Origin: Smithellaceae bacterium
GTDB lineage: Bacteria > Desulfobacterota > Syntrophia > Syntrophales > Smithellaceae
NCBI GenBank assembly: GCA_963667845.2
Contig: CAXXVL010000001.1
Span: forward strand, 404,148-468,147
Reading direction: 5' to 3'
DNA length: 64,000 bases
The position numbers were made by a program, and so were the translations under genes. How positions within the stretch are numbered: the stretch's first letter is position 1; each line of letters opens with the position of its first letter. Under the pieces are notes generated by a model, which saw nothing but the letters and a program-made list of their open reading frames with translations, was not told the origin of the DNA and made no database searches. Of this stretch, positions 57,098-64,000 are shown in pieces.

Positions 57098-58666
57098 ATG
57101 AATTCAGAGGCGAATAAAGTGGAAAGTCAGGAATTAAAGACTTTTTTGGACGATACATTTGATACGATGGACAAAGTCCTGGACGGGCAGACTGCGGAAC
57201 TGCGGCAACTGGAGATCGGCCAGGTGGAGTTTGTCGGACGCGATATTGCCCGGGTCAGCGGACTGCCGCATATCCGCGCGGAGGAACTGGTCCGCTTTGC
57301 CGGAAATTACATGGGGCTGGTCTTCAATATCGACCCGACAGAAATCGGTGTTGTCATGCTGGACCCCAGTGAGCATCTGCAGGTGGGGTCGGAAGTGCAG
57401 CGCACCAAGCGCGTTCTGGATGTGCCGGTGGGGGACGCGCTCCTGGGACGGGTGGTTGATCCGATCGGGCGGCCGCTCGACGGCCTGGGGGAAGTGAATA
57501 CCGTCATGCGTCTGCCAGTGGAGCGGCCCGCGCCTGCGGTTATGGACCGCGCCCCGGTTGTCGTTCCGCTGCAGACGGGTATCAAGGTGATCGATGCGCT
57601 CATTCCCGTCGGGCGCGGTCAGCGCGAATTAATTTTGGGCGACAGAATGACCGGCAAAACAGCCATTGCCGTGGATACGATTATCAACCAGAAGAACACC
57701 GGCATTATTTCCATTTACTGCGCCACCGGCAAGAAAAGCGCCGATGTGGCCAAGGTGATTGCCGATTTGCGGGATCACGGCGTGATGGGGCAGTGCATCG
57801 TGGTTGTGGCCACCGGTGAAGATACGCCGGGACTGCAATTTATCGCGCCTTACGCGGCCACCAGCATGGGAGAATATTTCGTCGAGCAGGGCAGGGACGT
57901 TCTGATTGTCTACGATGATCTGACTTCACATGCCCGGGCCTACCGGGAAGTGTCGCTGCTTTTGCGGCGGCCGCCGGGACGCGAAGCTTTTCCCGGTGAT
58001 ATCTTTTACATCCACTCCCGACTGCTCGAGCGCTCCACGCATATGAAGCCGGAATTGGGCGGCGGGTCGCTGACGTCATTGCCGATTACGGAAACGGAAG
58101 CGCAGGATATGTCATCCTACATTCCGACCAATCTCATTTCCATTACGGACGGGCAGATTTATCTCTCGCCGGTTCTTTTCAGCAAGGGCATTCTGCCGGC
58201 GGTAGATGTCGGTAAGTCCGTCTCGCGTGTGGGCGGCAAAACACAGTTGCCCGCTTACCGTTCCGTGGCGGGCGATCTCAGACTGTCCTACTCGCAGTTT
58301 GAAGAGCTGGAATCCTTCTCCCGCTTCGGTACCAGGCTGGATGACTCCACGCGCCGGACGCTGGAGCGGGGCTGGCGCGTCCGCGAAATTCTGAAACAGG
58401 GGCAGTACAAGCCGCTCCGGGCCTCGGAACAAATCGCCTCGCTGCTATCCGTGACCGGCGGCGCGCTGGATTGTGTTCCGACGGAAAAAATCCGGGAAGT
58501 GGAGAAGCACCTGCTCGCGGCGGTTAATGAGCATTTGCCGGAATTATGCGACCGCATCGAAGCCGGCAAGAAGCTGGAAATGGCGGACCGTGACAGCATC
58601 ATGAATAAAATCAAACCGGCTATTGCACCTTTTGAAGAAGTTGAGGACGCCAATGCAAACAACTGA
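57098..58666 (+). CDS. atpA: N-type ATPase alpha subunit
   Basis: Walker A GDRMTGKT, then YDDLTSHA and the rest colinear with F1 alpha. GGAGG RBS. Confidence 0.93.
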   Translation: MNSEANKVESQELKTFLDDTFDTMDKVLDGQTAELRQLEIGQVEFVGRDIARVSGLPHIRAEELVRFAGNYMGLVFNIDPTEIGVVMLDPSEHLQVGSEVQRTKRVLDVPVGDALLGRVVDPIGRPLDGLGEVNTVMRLPVERPAPAVMDRAPVVVPLQTGIKVIDALIPVGRGQRELILGDRMTGKTAIAVDTIINQKNTGIISIYCATGKKSADVAKVIADLRDHGVMGQCIVVVATGEDTPGLQFIAPYAATSMGEYFVEQGRDVLIVYDDLTSHARAYREVSLLLRRPPGREAFPGDIFYIHSRLLERSTHMKPELGGGSLTSLPITETEAQDMSSYIPTNLISITDGQIYLSPVLFSKGILPAVDVGKSVSRVGGKTQLPAYRSVAGDLRLSYSQFEELESFSRFGTRLDDSTRRTLERGWRVREILKQGQYKPLRASEQIASLLSVTGGALDCVPTEKIREVEKHLLAAVNEHLPELCDRIEAGKKLEMADRDSIMNKIKPAIAPFEEVEDANANN

Positions 58667-59543
58667 GTCTCTGAAAAGGAGAATGAAAAGTGCAGGTGAT
58701 CTTCTGTCGGTCGTCAAGACGATGAAGGCGCTGGCGGCCGTGAGTATCCGTCAATACCAGAAGGCGGTGGATTCCCTGCGCGATTATAACCGGACCGTGG
58801 AGATGGGCCTGCAGATCGTGCTCAAAGAGAGAATGGGCGCGATGCTCGAGCGCAAAACCGCGACGATGAAACGCCTGGGCGTGATCGTTTTCGGTTCGGA
58901 TCAGGGCCTGTGCGGACAACTCAATGAACAGATTTCCGTCTTTATGCTGAATTACGCCAAGCATGCGGGCATCAAAAAGGAAAACCGGAAAGTGCTGTCC
59001 GTCGGAGCGCGCGTCGCCGATTATGTGGAAGATGCCGGTCAGACGGTGGATGAGTTGTTGCCGACGCCCAGTTCGACGGCCGGGATCACGCCGCTGGTTC
59101 AGGAAATCATCATGATCATCGATGAATGGCATTTCCGCCAAAATGTTGATCACTTTTTTCTGTTTTACAACAAGTATGAAAGCGGAGCAACCTATCATCC
59201 CCATCAGGTGCAGCTGCTGCCGGTGAACCGGGAGTGGCTCAAAGAGATTGCCAAGAAGAAATGGGATTCCAAATCCCTGCCTATTTTCCGGATGGACGGC
59301 GATCAGATTTTTTCGTCGCTGATCCGGGAGTACCTTTTCGTGTCGCTATACCGGGCGTTTGCCGAGTCGCTGGCCAGTGAAAATGCCAGCCGCCTGGCTT
59401 CCATGCAGAATGCCGAGAAAAACATCGAGGAGCAACTGCAGGATCTGCACGTGCAGTTCCACCGAACGCGGCAGATGACGATTACCGAAGAACTGCTCGA
59501 TATCGTCGCCGGTTTCGAGGCAATGCAGGAAGAAGCATCATAG
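58653..59543 (+). CDS. atpG: N-type ATPase gamma subunit
   Basis: [30 protein letters not shown]-terminus and C-terminal [15 protein letters not shown] helix typical of gamma. ATG at 58653 overlaps the atpA end by 14 nt. Confidence 0.88.
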   Translation: MQTTESLKRRMKSAGDLLSVVKTMKALAAVSIRQYQKAVDSLRDYNRTVEMGLQIVLKERMGAMLERKTATMKRLGVIVFGSDQGLCGQLNEQISVFMLNYAKHAGIKKENRKVLSVGARVADYVEDAGQTVDELLPTPSSTAGITPLVQEIIMIIDEWHFRQNVDHFFLFYNKYESGATYHPHQVQLLPVNREWLKEIAKKKWDSKSLPIFRMDGDQIFSSLIREYLFVSLYRAFAESLASENASRLASMQNAEKNIEEQLQDLHVQFHRTRQMTITEELLDIVAGFEAMQEEAS

Positions 59544-59567
59544 CGTTTTTTAGAAAGGAGGACCGGT

Positions 59568-60362
59568 ATGTCAACAGGTTCGGATAAAAGAATTTGCGTT
59601 ATCTGTGCGTGGCGGGAAAACTGCACGAAACGTTATCGGGTAAAGGTCAATGCCTTGTTCGATGTGAATTGCCCCGACTATACCCGGGACATCAAACTCA
59701 AGGAGAAGGATGTCGATATACTGGTTGATGATCAGATCATGCGCTGGCAAAAAGAAAAGAAGGAAAAGCCGGGACACGTCATCACGCTCTCCAGCGAAAC
59801 GGGCGCAGGCGGCGGCAGGGTGGCCAGAGTCCTGGCCACGGAGCTGTGCATGAATATTGTCGGCAGTGACCTCATCCAGAAAGTAGCAGAAAGCGCGCAC
59901 ATGAGTGACAAAGTGATCAAATCTCTGGATGAAAAGAGTATTTCACTTTTAGACAGTTTGATCAGTTCCTTTTTTGAGGCGCGCCACATCTGGCCCAATG
60001 AATACATCCGTCATTTGTCGATGGTGATGCACACGAATGCGGAGCACGGCAATATCATCATTATCGGCCGCGGCGGTTGCTTCATTTTGAAAGACAAATC
60101 GTTTCGGGTGCGTATTATTGGACCCGAGGCAATGCGGGTGGAGAAAGTCATGCGCGATCGTCACCTGTCCCAGGCGGATGCACTGGCCTTCGTGCACAAA
60201 TATGATGAATACCAGGTCGGTTTCATGAAAAAATATTTCAATGAAGACATTAACGATTCGAAGCACTACGATATGGTAGTGAATACGCAGCATGTCGATA
60301 TTGACAGCGCGGCCCAGGCGATAAAAAAATCGTTTCTCTCCTGGAAGGCCATGCGTGAGTGA
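59568..60362 (+). CDS. Cytidylate-kinase-like family protein with N-terminal 4-Cys module, 24 nt downstream of atpG
   Basis: AAAGGAGG RBS. N-terminus has four Cys (CVIC...C...C: RICVICAWRENCTKRY...VNCPDY). Then ITLSSETGAGGGRVARVLATELCMNIVGSDLI, resembling the P-loop-degenerate cytidylate-kinase-like family. Confidence 0.65.
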   Translation: MSTGSDKRICVICAWRENCTKRYRVKVNALFDVNCPDYTRDIKLKEKDVDILVDDQIMRWQKEKKEKPGHVITLSSETGAGGGRVARVLATELCMNIVGSDLIQKVAESAHMSDKVIKSLDEKSISLLDSLISSFFEARHIWPNEYIRHLSMVMHTNAEHGNIIIIGRGGCFILKDKSFRVRIIGPEAMRVEKVMRDRHLSQADALAFVHKYDEYQVGFMKKYFNEDINDSKHYDMVVNTQHVDIDSAAQAIKKSFLSWKAMRE

Positions 60363-60590
60363 AAAAAAGTATTAACTGCTGTGGCAATCGAAAGGTCATT
60401 CGACAGGAAGAGAGTTCACGGCCGTGATGCGCTCGTGAATCCTCGCATGGAGTTGACGGTCATTCGTGTTTCCGGCTAAAGGATTTGGGAAGCGGGCCCC
60501 CTGGGAGGGGGAACGCGATTGAGGCAATAAAGTTAACAAAAGAATGCAGTCTGTTATTTGTCTTGAATTGAAGGGCAGTGGTGCTTGCTC

Positions 60591-60785
60591 ATGACAAACT
60601 TTGAGCGTGATTTGCTTTTAGGATTGGCGGAAGAGATCATTCTACAGCTGAAGAACCGGATCACCGAGATTGAAAATCTTCATCCCCGGGAGTCGGCTCT
60701 GGGCATTGCCACATTCCAGGAGCGCCTGCGCACCATTGAGCATTTGCGGGATTCCGTGAAGCAGGATCGTGAACTCGCCGTCTGA
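60591..60785 (+). CDS. Possible small helical protein
   Basis: 64 aa from ATG 60591 (the ORF is open from TTG 60585). Weak RBS, no family. Convergent with the kinase gene. Confidence 0.35.
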   Translation: MTNFERDLLLGLAEEIILQLKNRITEIENLHPRESALGIATFQERLRTIEHLRDSVKQDRELAV

Positions 60786-60792
60786 CCGGCTT

Positions 60793-62034
60793 TTACTTTT
60801 TATCCTGATTGCCGTTGGGGATTGCGCGCAGGTAGATAAAGATGGTCGTGCCGACGCCGACCAGCGACTCCATGCTGATCAGACCGTTGTGATATTTAAT
60901 GATGGAATCGCAGGTGGCGAGCCCCAGTCCGATGCCGCCGCGTTCTTTCTTTTCCTTGGTCGTAAAATACGGATCAAAAACTTTGGAGAGATTTTCCCGG
61001 GGGATGCCGACGCCGCGGTCTTTCACGATGATCCGGACGTAGTTGCCCTCGCCCAGTGCCCGGATATTGGTTGCCGTACTGGTGTTTTCGGCGATAACTT
61101 CCATGGTGCCGCCGCCGGGCATGGCTTCTTTGGCGTTCGTGACGATGTTTTCGATCACCTGTTTGATCTGCATCGCGTCAACTTCCACGGGCCACAGGTC
61201 GGGAGAGATCACCGGCTCGCAGGCTACGTCGGAGCCGGCCAGTGTTTTCTGGACGGCTTCCTTGACCAGATCGCCGATTCGTTCGATCTTTTTTACCGGA
61301 TAGCCGCCCTGGGCGAAAGTGATCAGCCGATGTGCGAGTTCCTTGGCTTGCAGGCCTGCCCGTTCCGCAATCGCCAGACCGTTTTCCAGAATCTTATCTT
61401 CTTCATTGGCGGATATTTTCGCCAGGAAGACGTTGCGGAGAATGGCCGTGAGCAGACTGTCAAAGTCCTTGGCGACGCCGTCGGCAAAGGTTCCCAGGGA
61501 TTCGAGCTTTGTCCGCTGGAGGAGTTCTTCTTCGGCCGTTTTCTGATCCGTGATGTCTTCCAGCGTCTCCATCGCGCCGAAGGTCTTGCCGCTCGAATCG
61601 CGGATACTCGCCGAAGTGATGCGAAACCATTTTCCTTTTTCGCCCAGTTCGGAGAAAAACTGGGTGACTTCGTAGGCGTTTTTGAGGACCTTGGATTTCG
61701 TGACCTCGCCCGTGTAAAGGGATGTGGAATTTTCGTCGATCTTGCTATTCAGTATCAAATCCGCCATGCAGGAGCGCGGAGAGGCATAGAAGGCCCGCCA
61801 CTGCTGGTCCGTGCCGAGCACCTGTTTAGCCTCAATGCCGGAGAGCCCCTCGAGGGCCTTGTTCCAATGGAGGATTTTGTGATCGGTATCGATGACGAAG
61901 GTTGGAATGGGAGAACTCTGAATAATGCTGCGGAGAATCTGCTCGTCATTGCGGCCCCGCCAGATCGCATAAACGAAACTGACGATAGCCGTTGCCGCCA
62001 GAAAAAAGATAAAGAGAAGAAAATGAAGTTGCAT
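60793..62034 (-). CDS. PAS-domain histidine-kinase-like protein with Lys in place of the phospho-acceptor His
   Basis: N-terminal membrane helix and PAS (PTFVIDTDHKILHWNKALEGLSG). The DHp H-box reads LESLGTFADGVAKDFDSLLT (K189, nt 61468-61470). Intact CA domain (NAKEAM, DRGVGI, FDPYFTTK, GIGLGLA). Confidence 0.85.
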   Translation of the reverse strand: MQLHFLLFIFFLAATAIVSFVYAIWRGRNDEQILRSIIQSSPIPTFVIDTDHKILHWNKALEGLSGIEAKQVLGTDQQWRAFYASPRSCMADLILNSKIDENSTSLYTGEVTKSKVLKNAYEVTQFFSELGEKGKWFRITSASIRDSSGKTFGAMETLEDITDQKTAEEELLQRTKLESLGTFADGVAKDFDSLLTAILRNVFLAKISANEEDKILENGLAIAERAGLQAKELAHRLITFAQGGYPVKKIERIGDLVKEAVQKTLAGSDVACEPVISPDLWPVEVDAMQIKQVIENIVTNAKEAMPGGGTMEVIAENTSTATNIRALGEGNYVRIIVKDRGVGIPRENLSKVFDPYFTTKEKKERGGIGLGLATCDSIIKYHNGLISMESLVGVGTTIFIYLRAIPNGNQDKK

Positions 62035-62857
62035 GATATTTCCCGTATCTCAAAATGTCCGGTTTCGGAATCACGATCCGATCATATCATTTTTATCGCA
62101 CAACATACCGCCTCAAACGTTTGGGCGTCTTTGAATAGCAAGGATGGGCCGAAATTGCAAGATTCTAATGGTGGTCTGCCGGTTTCTTACCGGGAGGGTG
62201 TGTTACAAAAGACACCATTATGAAATTAAAACATAATTATCACCTGTAAGTCAGCGGGCAAAGCCGGCGGCAGGCTGTCTTCCACAGCGATTCCACGGAT
62301 TCGTACAAAATCCGCCAGATGGCCCGTATCAGGTCTGATGCCGCTGCGTCTCGCGGTGATGACGGGGACGGGGTGCACTGGATCAAAGCCAAAACGCACT
62401 CCCCGAAGCGCGGACAGGATCGTGACGGCAAACAACAGAGCCTTTTGGAAAGAGGGGTTGATCGAAGCCGGCAACTGTGTTTTCTCCTCGTATTGATCCG
62501 CGGTTCACATATTTTCCGGCATGTTCGTGTCAAGGGAAGATTGATTGACGCCGCAGATTATTTCGGGGCGTCCGAAAACCGTCCGATGTTCCATAACGAC
62601 TCGCGCCATAACACCTCGGCCATCATTGGCTTAAGTCACACCCCGATACTCCGTTCTGATCAGATGAATCATGCGGGAAAAAAGAGAATCTATACTAAAT
62701 GAAAAGATTAAATATGGAATAATGGCGTATCCGATATCTTTAAGAACGTCGTGTGTATCGCCGGCACCAAGAACTTGCTTTTCACGGCGGGCAGCAAACG
62801 ACAGCCGGCTCAAAATAACACCGGCTGTCGTTGCTTTTATTCTCCCGATAATATTGT

Positions 62858-64000
62858 TTACTGCATGATCAGACGCAGGTCAGCCAACCAATTATTGTTG
62901 GCACCCGCCGCATCCGTTGTGTTGTTATTTGCTGCGGCTTCCCGCATTAAATAACGAACATCATCTTTATGATCCCCAATATAATTGGTCGCCGCTCCGG
63001 AAAGAGTCGACGTTTGAACCACGAGATTCCTTTCGCCGTCATAAACAAACGGCGTGGAGAGCGGTATTTCTATCCAATCTCCCACCTTGAGCCCGGCGGG
63101 CATTGTAAAAGTTCCGCTGTAGACGGTCTGTGCGCCGCTCAGATTGGCGGAGAATGTCGCTCCCAATGTCTTATTCGCCGTGTGGCCCATCACAACCGTA
63201 AAACTTGCATAATCGGAAGCAACCGCATCGGATGTGGCGAGTCGGCGAGCTACTTTGGCAATGGTCCCCTTTGTACCGAGTTCCGAGGCAAGATACAGGT
63301 GTTGCGACTTGTTATTGCTTGCACCACTGAAGGGAAAAGACCATGTTCCCGGTCCGGCTAAAACGACATCCATCGTTCCACCGTTGAAGCGAAATTTGAT
63401 GCAGTAATAGACGCTTTCGTCGATCCCGTCTCCCGTCGACGCTCCCGCTGCTCCATAAAGTTTCCTGCCGATGGGAGCGTTACTGTTTAATTTCCAGTCC
63501 GTCATGCCGCCCGTCGCTTTAGCGGTTACTTCAATCTCGACAATGAGATTATGCGTGCCGTCATAATTGAACGCCGCGATCGGCATGGGAATCCAGATAT
63601 AGGAATTCACGGGAATGCCCGCCGGCACGCTGAACTTCGCCCCGCTGGCCACGGTAACCGGCGTCCCTACATTGAAATTATTAGCAAATGTACTGGTCAA
63701 CTGCGTGAGATTTGTATGGCCGAGTCGGACATTAACCGTATATTCCTCCGCTGTTGTTGCCAGGCCTGCCGGAAAAGCGATGCCGGTGATCCCGCCGGAA
63801 CCGTTCACTTCAGCCGCGGTATATAAAAGCTGAACCTTTCGCTGTCCCAACGCATTCCCGAAAGGCATTACATTAGACAAATTCCCAAACAACCCAACCG
63901 CAACATTGTCCCCGCCGGCAAAATTGAATCTAATATCCGGTACGGATGGTCCAAGTCCTCCTCCGCTCGAAATAACGCTGTTGTATGCGGGGCTTGCCTG
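62858..64000 (-). CDS. Hypothetical beta-rich repeat protein, C-terminal part (5' end beyond the window)
   Basis: The minus-strand frame is open from nt 64000 to TAA at 62858-62860. Two tandem modules of about 115 aa (...QLLYTAAEV..GITGIAF...LGHTN...NYDGTHNLIVEIEV and ...HLYLASEL..GTIAKVA...MGHTAN...VYDGERNLVVQTS). Confidence 0.6.
   Translation of the reverse strand, partial: QASPAYNSVISSGGGLGPSVPDIRFNFAGGDNVAVGLFGNLSNVMPFGNALGQRKVQLLYTAAEVNGSGGITGIAFPAGLATTAEEYTVNVRLGHTNLTQLTSTFANNFNVGTPVTVASGAKFSVPAGIPVNSYIWIPMPIAAFNYDGTHNLIVEIEVTAKATGGMTDWKLNSNAPIGRKLYGAAGASTGDGIDESVYYCIKFRFNGGTMDVVLAGPGTWSFPFSGASNNKSQHLYLASELGTKGTIAKVARRLATSDAVASDYASFTVVMGHTANKTLGATFSANLSGAQTVYSGTFTMPAGLKVGDWIEIPLSTPFVYDGERNLVVQTSTLSGAATNYIGDHKDDVRYLMREAAANNNTTDAAGANNNWLADLRLIMQ

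Noticed and set aside
60769-62223. 484-aa ORF on the plus strand
   Set aside because: It mirrors the PAS kinase gene (60793-62034, minus), which has clear PAS and HATPase motifs. The plus-strand product is Gly/Asp/Phe/Arg-rich with no motifs and no RBS.

Overview
64-kb chromosomal window, moderately GC-rich. From gene content (family III CoA-transferases, acyl-CoA ligases, MaoC and thiolase genes, UGA-recoded selenoproteins, an N-type ATPase, PAS kinases) I infer an anaerobic, syntroph-like deltaproteobacterium; this is inference only. I support about 55 protein-coding genes and found no rRNA, tRNA or CRISPR array. Layout: (1) 1-7.6 kb, acyl-CoA metabolism cluster. (2) 7.7-11.8 kb, a hydrolase and three phosphohydrolases. 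(3) 11.8-18.0 kb, an AT-rich islet whose only large gene encodes a 1644-aa Mrr-like nuclease + NACHT NTPase + HEAT-like repeat protein. This NLR/STAND-type single-gene defence candidate is the best candidate for a new system in the window. (4) 18-25 kb, housekeeping genes including a membrane-anchored selenocysteine MsrA. (5) 25.7-31.6 kb, accessory cluster of surface lipoproteins with an IS3 remnant, a doubly frameshifted gene and a 16-Cys peptide. (6) hrpB, a second acyl-CoA ligase, an MCP and mgsA. (7) 41.5-48.7 kb, a run of hypothetical exported proteins around an orphan GrdB/PrdB-like selenoprotein. (8) usp, an AtpZ-like gene and an exported caspase-like protease. (9) 52.2-60.4 kb, a complete N-ATPase operon (atpDCQRBEFAG) with unusual heptanucleotide tandem repeats in two intergenic gaps and two accessory genes. 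(10) A PAS kinase whose phospho-acceptor His is replaced by Lys, and a partial repeat protein. Intergenic DNA carries at least four dispersed repeat families, including a structured element of about 100 bp present six times. All calls come from manual reading of the sequence and ORF translations; no database searches were run.
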